Shown: positions 17,232-24,732, counted from the first letter of the stretch. The stretch: 31,105 bases of DNA from Bacteriovoracia bacterium (GCA_046570105.1 JBKHVI010000033.1:1-31105); one strand, 5' to 3'. The notes: generated by a model from the sequence alone, not told the origin. Translations and numbers: made by a program.

Positions 17232-17864
17232 ATGCGTCGACAATTAGCTTTAAATTTATATCGAGGTCAGCGAGGAGGCATTCGTCCGGGAGCTGGCAGA
17301 AAACGTCTCCACTCAAGAGGAGTCGCTCACAGAATAAGAGAAAAGGTCAGTTCTCGGACGGCTCTTCATGTAAATTTCAAAGTCACCACAGCTATTAGGA
17401 ACAAGCACTGCTTAAAAATCTTAAAACGAGCGATTAAAAACAGTCGAATTCATGGTCTCTCAATTATTCATTTCTCCCTTCAGTCAAATCACGTTCATCT
17501 TGTGATCGAAGCTGTTAATAACGAAATTCTGACTAGGGGCATGCGCTCTCTCACCATTACTTTTGCCAAGGGTATCAACAAGGGCAGAATCCAAATTGAG
17601 CGCTATCACCTTCATGTTTTAAAAAGCTTAAGAGAAACTAAAAACGCCCTTAACTATGTGTTGTTTAATCAGCAAAAGCATTCGGGAATGAAAAGGGCAT
17701 ATGTCGACAGCTTCTCTTCATTGGGAGCAGTTAAAGACCTCAAGGATCTAGCAAGATCGGCCAAAATGACGGTGATTTTGAGTAAGATTCAAGAGATTAA
17801 CTTCTTAGATGCAGCTAAAGGATGGATGATAAGGCAGGTGCTAGGCAACGAATCCAAATTTTAA
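17232..17864 (+). CDS. HUH/Y1 transposase, REP-associated tyrosine transposase (RAYT)-like
   Basis: NHVHL (H87/H89), ERYH, catalytic-type YVLFN (Y142/N146, like RAYT YxxxN rather than IS200 YxxxQ); GGGAGG SD. Confidence 0.85.
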   Translation: MRRQLALNLYRGQRGGIRPGAGRKRLHSRGVAHRIREKVSSRTALHVNFKVTTAIRNKHCLKILKRAIKNSRIHGLSIIHFSLQSNHVHLVIEAVNNEILTRGMRSLTITFAKGINKGRIQIERYHLHVLKSLRETKNALNYVLFNQQKHSGMKRAYVDSFSSLGAVKDLKDLARSAKMTVILSKIQEINFLDAAKGWMIRQVLGNESKF

Positions 17865-17920
17865 ATTCATCCTGGCACGGATTCGGTGGTTTTAACCAAC
17901 CGTTGCGCCAGGATGAGACT
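17864..17920. repeat. structured repeat, copy 2 (directly after the transposase stop)
   Basis: Stem TCATCCTGGC (17867-17876)/GCCAGGATGA (17907-17916), inner hairpin TGGT-TTTA-ACCA. Confidence 0.9.
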
Positions 17921-17935
17921 GCACAATTTGGAAAC

Positions 17936-18145
17936 TTAGTTCAAAACGTGAATAACCTTACGATTACCGCAGCCGCAGTCCATGCAGCGAGCGGTCTCTT
18001 GAACCAAGAGGTTTTTGTAGTCAGGCATATGAGAGAGCAGTAGTTTCGCTCCGCATACTTTGCACTCATCAATGGTGCGCTTCACATCGTCTGTGGTGCC
18101 GAAATACTCTTCAAATTGCTCAAATTTAAAATCAACGTCTGACAT
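17936..18145 (-). CDS. small hypothetical Zn-binding protein
   Basis: 69 aa with CKVC and CMDC; AAGGAGGT SD; sigma28-like promoter upstream. Confidence 0.75.
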   Translation of the reverse strand: MSDVDFKFEQFEEYFGTTDDVKRTIDECKVCGAKLLLSHMPDYKNLLVQETARCMDCGCGNRKVIHVLN

Positions 18146-18173
18146 GCAGGAACCTCCTTAAGGTCTTGCATGC

Positions 18174-18200
18174 TCTTCGGCACCCTTGGCAGAACCTAAA
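18174..18200 (-). promoter_or_regulatory. sigma28-like promoter
   Basis: Minus strand TTTA-N15-GCCGAAGA. Confidence 0.5.
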
Positions 18201-18260
18201 AAGAGAGATTCTTTTTTTCTGGAGTGGGAAATTTGCTCCTCAGAGGGTAAAACTTCCCCC

Positions 18261-19067
18261 ATGTCGCTATTTGATAAAAAGCCCAAAACCCCTGAAACCT
18301 TTGCTGAGGCCCTGTTGGGGGATCTCGACTTGAGTCATTTGAGTGGGACAATCTCCACCTCAACACCCGAAAATCTTACTGAAAAAGCGGTTTTGCTGGA
18401 GTCATTTACTCAGTTCGCTGAAGAACAATTAAGTGAATCTCCCGAGGGAGTCATGAGTTTTCCTGGTGGTGAGCTCGCCTTGAAACCAACGACCAAAGAA
18501 GGCCCGTTTAAGCCTCGTTTTACCAGTCTTGGGGATTGGTCTAGCTCTCAAGAGGTGCGCTTGGGTCAGGCGACCTGGAGTGCTCTGAGAGCCGATAAAG
18601 AGCAAGTAAGCGTCTTGTTTATCGGAGAAGCCCTGCTAGGTAACGAGGCGCTTGAAACGGAAATTAAAACCATTCGTCCGGAATTTCTCCTCTCGTTCTC
18701 GCCTCCGGTGGCAGATCTTTTTCAAAAGATGGTGCAGGCGATGAAGTTAAGTGTCTCTGAGTATGCTTTGACTGCGCTACAAGACGTGCACGGAGAGCGC
18801 GAGACTAAAGACTTACTCGAAGAGATCCACTGGTTGCGTCCTCGTTATGTCGTGCCACTGGGAGCACGCGCCACTCAGTCGCTCTTGGGTGCTCGTGAGC
18901 GCTTGGCGAGTGTGCATGGAAAATTCTTTCCTCTCACTCAGATGGAAGGCAGTGAGATTCAGGTTGTTCCGCTGTTTCATCCCAGCGTGATTGCCAGCAA
19001 TATCAATATGAAAAAGTCGACTTGGGCGGATATGCAGAAAATCATGCAAGCGCTCGGGAAAGTCTGA
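18261..19067 (+). CDS. uracil-DNA glycosylase superfamily protein (family-4-like, degenerate)
   Basis: VLFIGEA, EI..LRPRYVVPLGARA and PLFHPS...KKSTWAD motifs. ATG 18261 preferred over TTG 18186, which overlaps the divergent promoter. Confidence 0.75.
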   Translation: MSLFDKKPKTPETFAEALLGDLDLSHLSGTISTSTPENLTEKAVLLESFTQFAEEQLSESPEGVMSFPGGELALKPTTKEGPFKPRFTSLGDWSSSQEVRLGQATWSALRADKEQVSVLFIGEALLGNEALETEIKTIRPEFLLSFSPPVADLFQKMVQAMKLSVSEYALTALQDVHGERETKDLLEEIHWLRPRYVVPLGARATQSLLGARERLASVHGKFFPLTQMEGSEIQVVPLFHPSVIASNINMKKSTWADMQKIMQALGKV

Positions 19068-19162
19068 GGAAACTTGTCAGCGAGAAATGAATTCTCGCGG
19101 GCTTGAGTGTGCCCCCCCTTTATGGGTAGAATGGTGGGGCAGTAGCGTTTTACCAAGGATAG

Positions 19163-20305
19163 GTGCGCGTGCATTGGACAGGAAGTCTATTAACCCTCGC
19201 TCTTTTTACGGGCCAAGTCTTTGCCAGCGTTCCGCAGGTTAAAGTTTTGATTGGAAAATCGCTGAAAGACGTCGTGGTTCACGGAATGGATTTGCGCCAA
19301 ACTATCCCCGCTAAAAAACTCTACCGTCAATTCCAAGGCTCAAAGACAGTTAACTTTAATTGTCGTGTTGGTTCACGAGTGAACCTTCCGCAAAAATCTC
19401 AATTGATCGCTTCTGTGACTTCTCCTACAGGCCTCGTTGGTTGGGAGAAAAAACGTTTCCGTGGAGAGTTGCAATTGGTCGCGGGCCCGGAAGTCGCTCG
19501 CAGAGGGTGTGATCTGGTTAATCTTATTCCGATGGATGATTATATCAGCTCACTTTTAGCCAAAGAGATGCGAGCTGATTGGCCACTGGAAGCCTTGAAA
19601 GCTCAAGCTGTCGTTGCGCGCTCATACGCACTTTCAAAAATGCATCCCAGTCCTGGCGGTGGTCCTTGGCATTTGGAAAGTTCTGAGAAGAATCAAGTCT
19701 CGGGAGATTTTCACGACACCACCACGCATACCGATCGCGCCGCTCGTGAAACAGAAGGTGAAGTTCTCGCTGACAAGGCCCTTCGCCCGGTAGAGGGATT
19801 CTTTCATTCGAAGTGTGGTGGCCACACCGTTCGTCCGGATCAAGTCTGGAGCGGAAGTGTTGATGGCTACAAAGGTGTCGAGTGTCCGTTTTGTCACAAG
19901 CATGGTATGAAGAGTTGGGAAGAAAATATTCCTAAGACAAACTTTGTTGCTCTTCTTAATCGTGCGATTAATCGATATGGGCCAAAACCGGTTCAACTCA
20001 AAGCCGATCAACTCACTGTCGTGACAGATTCCCCTCGCAAGACGGAACTCAGAATTTATCAAGGTAATGACTTGCATGTTATTCGCAAAAGTTGGTTAAG
20101 AAATTTGGCGGGACGTGAAACATTTCCTTCTCATCATTTTCGTGTCAGTGATGTCGGTGGCAAACTTAAAGTCCAGGGTGATGGTTTTGGCCATGGCGTG
20201 GGACTTTGTCAGCTAGGTGCGCTTGAGCTGGCCAAACGTGGTTATGGTTACCGCGCTATTCTTCAGCATTATTTTCCAGAATTGAAGGTGAGAAGGCTTT
20301 GGTAA
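19163..20305 (+). CDS. SpoIID/LytB-domain lytic transglycosylase
   Basis: EMRADWPLEALKAQAVVARSYA, FFHSKCGG, GFGHGVGLCQLGA, ILQHYFP; signal peptide; TTGAGT-N18-TAGAAT upstream (19103-19132). Confidence 0.92.
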   Translation: MRVHWTGSLLTLALFTGQVFASVPQVKVLIGKSLKDVVVHGMDLRQTIPAKKLYRQFQGSKTVNFNCRVGSRVNLPQKSQLIASVTSPTGLVGWEKKRFRGELQLVAGPEVARRGCDLVNLIPMDDYISSLLAKEMRADWPLEALKAQAVVARSYALSKMHPSPGGGPWHLESSEKNQVSGDFHDTTTHTDRAARETEGEVLADKALRPVEGFFHSKCGGHTVRPDQVWSGSVDGYKGVECPFCHKHGMKSWEENIPKTNFVALLNRAINRYGPKPVQLKADQLTVVTDSPRKTELRIYQGNDLHVIRKSWLRNLAGRETFPSHHFRVSDVGGKLKVQGDGFGHGVGLCQLGALELAKRGYGYRAILQHYFPELKVRRLW

Positions 20306-21009
20306 GGTTAAGTTTATTTTTTCTCTTATTCTCATTGAGTGTCTCAGCGAAAGTGGTACTGCTTGATCCCGGTCACGGTGGTGAAGAAACTGGGGCCGTG
20401 GGAAAACTCAATCGTTCACGCCAAGTCCATGAAAAAGATTTGGCGCTTCGACTGGCCCATAAAATAAAAAAACATTTAGAAAAAGATGCCACCGTTTTTC
20501 TTACTCGCAGTATTGATCGCACAGTCACGCTTCAAGAGCGCGCCGATATGGCCGACAAAGTAAAAGCCGATCTATTTATCTCCATCCACTTCAATTCATC
20601 GACTGACAGGAAAGCGCATGGCTTTGAAACATATTATTTGGATAACAATAAAGATGCGGCGGTAAAAAAAGTCGAGCGACAAGAAAACTTTTCTCTAAAA
20701 GGCGAAGATTTGGTTGTCCATCAGATCTTAATTGATCTCACCATTCAACAAACAGTCAAAGCATCTCGTGCACTCGCGAATGCTGTCCACGGTCGATTGC
20801 GTGGTCATATGAAACCAGTTGGGATTACCGATCGGGGAGTTAAGGCCGGATTATTTTATGTGCTCGCACTGTCAAAGCGACCAGGTCTTTTGTTAGAGGC
20901 TGGTTTTATGTCGAATCAAAAAGAATTAAAATCGGTGCAGCAGGAAGAATTTTTAGAGCGCTATGCTCAAGGTGTGGCGCAGGGAATTCGCGATCATCTC
21001 AGAAAGTAA
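20299..21009 (+). CDS. N-acetylmuramoyl-L-alanine amidase (Amidase_3)
   Basis: LDPGHGG...EK, FISIHFN and LLEAGFMSN zinc motifs; signal peptide; overlaps the SpoIID stop. Confidence 0.93.
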   Translation: MVRLSLFFLLFSLSVSAKVVLLDPGHGGEETGAVGKLNRSRQVHEKDLALRLAHKIKKHLEKDATVFLTRSIDRTVTLQERADMADKVKADLFISIHFNSSTDRKAHGFETYYLDNNKDAAVKKVERQENFSLKGEDLVVHQILIDLTIQQTVKASRALANAVHGRLRGHMKPVGITDRGVKAGLFYVLALSKRPGLLLEAGFMSNQKELKSVQQEEFLERYAQGVAQGIRDHLRK

Positions 21010-21043
21010 ATCTAAACTCTATAAAACATTAGGTTTTGGCGAG

Positions 21044-21072
21044 TTGATCTGTACATACATTATATGTATAAT
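21044..21072 (+). promoter_or_regulatory. brnTA promoter with overlapping palindromic operator
   Basis: TTGATC-N17-TATAAT, 5 nt before the ATG; TACATA-N5-TATGTA at 21052-21068. Confidence 0.75.
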
Positions 21073-21077
21073 AAACT

Positions 21078-21356
21078 ATGGAATTTATTTGGGATCCCAA
21101 AAAAGCTGATGTGAACTTAAAAAAACACAAAGTTTCTTTTGAAGAAGCAGTTACGGTTTTTTACGATCCATTGGCCCAAACGGCTCACGATCCCGATCAT
21201 TCAGACGATGAAGAACGTTTTATTATTATCGGGCATAGTTCAAAAAACCATCTATTGTTTGTTATTCATATTTATAAAGAAGACGCCAAAACGATTAGAT
21301 TAATTAGTGCGAGAAAAGCCACGAAGAAAGAGCAAAGAGACTTTGAAGAATTATAG
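21078..21356 (+). CDS. brnT: BrnT family toxin (DUF497)
   Basis: F.WD..K...N..KH.VSFEEA, EER...IG and IRLISARKA motifs. Confidence 0.92.
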   Translation: MEFIWDPKKADVNLKKHKVSFEEAVTVFYDPLAQTAHDPDHSDDEERFIIIGHSSKNHLLFVIHIYKEDAKTIRLISARKATKKEQRDFEEL

Positions 21357-21366
21357 GAGAATCCAT

Positions 21367-21591
21367 ATGCGCAAAGAATATGATTTAAAAAAGATGAAAC
21401 TAAAATCTAACCCCTATATCAGTAAACTAAAAAAGAGTGTGACGATTAGGCTTGATACAGATGTCATTGATTATTTCAAAGAGCTTAGTGAGAAGCTTAG
21501 TATTCCTTATCAAACACTGGTAAATGATTTTTTAAGAAATTGTAAGGACAATAAATTGCTTCCAAAAACAACTTGGAAAAAAGCTGTTTGA
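21367..21591 (+). CDS. brnA: BrnA family antitoxin (RHH)
   Basis: MRKEYD...NPY...VTIRLD.DVI.YFK......YQTL.N; AGGAGA SD before ATG 21367. Confidence 0.9.
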   Translation: MRKEYDLKKMKLKSNPYISKLKKSVTIRLDTDVIDYFKELSEKLSIPYQTLVNDFLRNCKDNKLLPKTTWKKAV

Positions 21592-21597
21592 GTAGAG

Positions 21598-21624
21598 AAA
21601 AAAAAGCCCCGTTTCCGGGGCTTC
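21598..21624 (-). terminator. intrinsic terminator of the lipoprotein gene
   Basis: Minus strand AAGCCCCG-GAAA-CGGGGCTT with a long T-tract. Confidence 0.85.
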
Positions 21625-21627
21625 ATG

Positions 21628-22176
21628 TTAGCGACAAATTTGCGGTAAAATCGTATTGAGCGAACCCGGCCCGCCAAAGTGAATGGCGCGGAATTTCATT
21701 AAGTAGGGTGGATATCCAGGTGCTCCTGGAAGTTGCATGTCAGCTGCGGTAATCTCATCAACAAGACATCGCAGTGATCTGTTGAGTGCCGGGCGACTTA
21801 ATGAACCTGATCCTTGCCCAAGTGAAGGTCGCGCACAAATAAAGGCACTAAATAGTGCTTGGCCACCATTGTTTGTAACTACGGCAACATCACCTTCGCT
21901 GGTAATACCGATATAAGTGGCATTAGCGGCGACAGTCATATCAGTTAAATTGAATGCTACACCAATACGTTGACCACCAGTTGTACACGTCGTGCTTTGA
22001 AAGACTTGCTGAGCATATGAGTTCGTGATGTTGGGTGGAACTTGGCCAGGGGCAAGTGTTCCTAGTGAACCAAAGTAGGTACCGCCACTTTTTTTCCCTG
22101 ACTCATTGTCTTTACCGCAGGCACCTGCAAGTAATGCAAGAGCAAGGATAGCGGGGGTGAACCATGTATTTTTCAT
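21628..22176 (-). CDS. hypothetical lipoprotein
   Basis: Signal peptide with lipobox-like LAGAC-GK; four additional Cys; GGAGAGG SD. Confidence 0.8.
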   Translation of the reverse strand: MKNTWFTPAILALALLAGACGKDNESGKKSGGTYFGSLGTLAPGQVPPNITNSYAQQVFQSTTCTTGGQRIGVAFNLTDMTVAANATYIGITSEGDVAVVTNNGGQALFSAFICARPSLGQGSGSLSRPALNRSLRCLVDEITAADMQLPGAPGYPPYLMKFRAIHFGGPGSLNTILPQICR

Positions 22177-22214
22177 ATCGGCCTCTCCATAATAGACGGC
22201 ATATCTTGAATGTC

Positions 22215-22241
22215 TTATCGGAGGACTTGGTTAGAACTTGA
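22215..22241 (-). promoter_or_regulatory. sigma28-like promoter of the lipoprotein gene
   Basis: Minus strand TCAA-N15-TCCGATAA. Confidence 0.65.
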
Positions 22242-22355
22242 GGGCCGATAGATTTACTCGGATGTTTTAATCGGCAAATCTGCCCACTTTTAAGGAATTC
22301 CAAGACTTAAAGTACAATAGAGGCATAAGTATCTATATATAGAGGGCATATTTGC

Positions 22356-23300
22356 GTGAAGCTTCCACCCATCTCAGAGATTAAAAAACTTTTTCAAACT
22401 GATGAGAGTCGATTTCTCTTGGGAACAGCTTTTAAGATGTGGTTCATCTCGCTCGTAGTGGAGCTACTGGTTGGCTATATTCTCTTTTGCAATGTTCGCT
22501 TGAACTATCATTTCTTTCATTCTCATGGTTACCGCGGCATTGATGAATTAAGTGATGCATATTTCTATCATGTGACTGGCGACATTATTGATGCTCTCCC
22601 TTTCATCTTAGGTTTCCACGTAATTATTTTTTTCATGGGCCTTTATATGGGCCATCTCATGCTGAGACCTTTCAAACGAATTGGTAATTACTGTAATGAA
22701 ATTGTGCAAAATCCTAATGCTGTTTATCGAGTAGAGGAATTTTCGGCATACCGACTACTGACTCGCTTCTCAGAGATCTTCTTTGACCATCTGAGTGCCG
22801 GAAGAAAGAAAGGTGTGGTTGAAAAAAGAGAAATTCCTCCTCAGTTTATGGGCGTCCATAAGCCGGTGCTAGACGGTCAGTTCCTTTTTCATTTTAGTTT
22901 CTTCTTGATGATCATTATGATCGTATCGATCGCTGGTATCATGGGGTTCGTTTCAAATATCCAAGAGAACACCACTCAGATTGCCTTGAAGATGTTAAAA
23001 GCCGATCCAAAAATCATTTCGGCGTATTTTCATGATCAATCGTTTCTGATCGATGAGATGTGGATTCTAACCGCACTGCTCATCGTCGGTTTGCATGTCG
23101 TTTTAGGTTTTCATCTTTACTCACAAGTTTCTGGCGCATCATTTGCTATCTTTGCCACCATGCGCTCTTTCATGAAAGGCAGCTGGCAAAACCGAGTACA
23201 TTTAGTCGGATATTCTTATTTGCGCGACTCGACTAGACCACTCAACAAGTATCTCGATTGGGTTGAGAAAAACCTAATACAAAACCCTCCAAACAGTTGA
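22356..23300 (+). CDS. hypothetical membrane protein, 4 TM, apparent internal duplication
   Basis: Two TM-loop-TM modules, each followed by a HAMP-like amphipathic segment. Confidence 0.7.
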   Translation: MKLPPISEIKKLFQTDESRFLLGTAFKMWFISLVVELLVGYILFCNVRLNYHFFHSHGYRGIDELSDAYFYHVTGDIIDALPFILGFHVIIFFMGLYMGHLMLRPFKRIGNYCNEIVQNPNAVYRVEEFSAYRLLTRFSEIFFDHLSAGRKKGVVEKREIPPQFMGVHKPVLDGQFLFHFSFFLMIIMIVSIAGIMGFVSNIQENTTQIALKMLKADPKIISAYFHDQSFLIDEMWILTALLIVGLHVVLGFHLYSQVSGASFAIFATMRSFMKGSWQNRVHLVGYSYLRDSTRPLNKYLDWVEKNLIQNPPNS

Positions 23301-23360
23301 ACCCAAAGTCATACCCAGCTAACATAAAGAACAGTTAACGCTGACAAAAAAGGAATCCCA

Positions 23361-24140
23361 ATGTTGAATAAAATTTTACTGGTCGCAATGATTGTTTTTG
23401 TTGCCGCCTGTACGAACAAAGACTCTTTGAAAAAAATCCTCAAAGAAAATCCAGATATCATGACTGAAGCTATCGAAGCGAATCCAGATAAGTTTATCGA
23501 TGCGCTTAATAACGCTGTAAAGAAGAGCCAAGAAGTTATTGCTAAACGTCGTGAAGAAGAAGAGTCAAAGGCACTTGAAGATAGCTTCAACAAGCCACTT
23601 ACTCCAAATATTCGTGCTGACGAGTCTTTCCGTGGCCCGAAAGATGCTCCTATCACATTGGTTGAATACTCAGACTTTGAATGTCCGTTCTGTTCACGTG
23701 GATTCAATACTGTGATGGAACTTATGCAAAAGTACGAAGGTAAAATCCGCTTTGTGTACAAGCACCTTCCACTTTCTTTCCACCCACAGGCGATGCCAGC
23801 TTCTGCTTACTACGAAGCTATTCGTCTTCAGAGTGCTGAGAAAGCTTTCAAATTCCACGATGAGATCTACAAAGATCAACGCGGTCTTCAGAGTGGGGAG
23901 AAGTTTCTTCAGGCGAAAGCAAAGTCTGTTGGTGCTGACATGAATCGCTTGGCAAAAGACGTGAAGAGTGAAGCCGTTCAAAAGCGCATTCAAGAAGATA
24001 TCGAAGAAGCTGGTAAGTTTGGCTTTCAAGGTACACCAGGTTTCTTGCTCAATGGCGTGCCAGTGAAAGGTGCATACCCAACTTCACACTTTGTTGATTT
24101 GATCGAAAAGCTTAAGGCTAAAGGCAATTTGAAAATCTAA
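23361..24140 (+). CDS. DsbA/thioredoxin-fold lipoprotein
   Basis: Lipobox VAAC; EYSDFECPFC, cis-Pro loop GTPGF, N-terminal coiled coil. Confidence 0.92.
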   Translation: MLNKILLVAMIVFVAACTNKDSLKKILKENPDIMTEAIEANPDKFIDALNNAVKKSQEVIAKRREEEESKALEDSFNKPLTPNIRADESFRGPKDAPITLVEYSDFECPFCSRGFNTVMELMQKYEGKIRFVYKHLPLSFHPQAMPASAYYEAIRLQSAEKAFKFHDEIYKDQRGLQSGEKFLQAKAKSVGADMNRLAKDVKSEAVQKRIQEDIEEAGKFGFQGTPGFLLNGVPVKGAYPTSHFVDLIEKLKAKGNLKI

Positions 24141-24166
24141 GCTCGGCCTACAAAATTTATTGTGAC

Positions 24167-24197
24167 GAAGGGCCCCATGTGGGCCCTTCTTTTTTTT
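24167..24197 (+). terminator. intrinsic terminator
   Basis: GAAGGGCCC-CATGT-GGGCCCTTC followed by T8. Confidence 0.88.
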
Positions 24198-24254
24198 CAT
24201 CAACGCAGGGCCCAAGGCCTTGCCAAAGTATTTTAAATGGCCGAGTCTAAAGCC

Positions 24255-24560
24255 ATGAATAAAAAAGAATTGATCGAAGCAACTCTTCAGCGCGCCGGCC
24301 AACAACTCAACGACATCGCCAAGAAAGATGCTGAGTTTCTACTCAACACTCTGATTGAAGTGATTAAAGAGAACGTTGCAGGCGGCGGTGAAGTCACCTT
24401 AAAAGACTTTGGAACCTTCACTTTGGTTCATCATCGCGAACGCCGCGGATTTAATCCGGTAACTGGCGAAGAAATGATGATCGGTGGACGTACCTTCCCG
24501 AAATTTCGTCCGGGTAAAGGTTGGGTTTCCATGGTGGGCGAGAGTCGAGCCGCTTCCTGA
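24255..24560 (+). CDS. HU/IHF-family DNA-binding protein
   Basis: MNKKELI, FGTF, RGFNPVTGE and PKFRPGK motifs; alternative start 24237. Confidence 0.9.
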   Translation: MNKKELIEATLQRAGQQLNDIAKKDAEFLLNTLIEVIKENVAGGGEVTLKDFGTFTLVHHRERRGFNPVTGEEMMIGGRTFPKFRPGKGWVSMVGESRAAS

Positions 24561-24646
24561 GCGGATTACCCCGTCATAGGGCCGACAGGCAATTGAGTGC
24601 TTTTTACACAAAAGCGGCAAACATTGCCCTTCAAACCCTGCCAATC

Positions 24647-24675
24647 TTGCCCCGATCTCGATAGACCGCTATACT
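24647..24675 (+). promoter_or_regulatory. sigma70-type promoter of the fliL operon
   Basis: TTGCCC-N17-TATACT. Confidence 0.7.
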
Positions 24676-24732
24676 TTTGACATAAGGGTCAGGATCGACC
24701 CAAAGTCATAACGCTCAGGAAGGGTAGCCTCC

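Larger units (their letters stand above)
17144..17937 (+). mobile_element. RAYT-like HUH transposase element with structured right end (boundaries inferred)
   Basis: Transposase ORF inserted between uvrC and a convergent gene; both flanks share motifs with 8044-8244. Confidence 0.6.

Noticed and set aside
17907..17937. GATGAG...GAAAC resembling a hammerhead ribozyme core
   Set aside because: The core would need CUGAUGA; here it is AGGAUGA and is paired in the outer stem, with no consistent stem II in copy 2.
17822..18043. 73-aa plus-strand ORF after the transposase as a possible tnpB or accessory gene
   Set aside because: It runs across the hairpin and antisense to the better-supported 69-aa gene; no RuvC or Zn-finger motifs.
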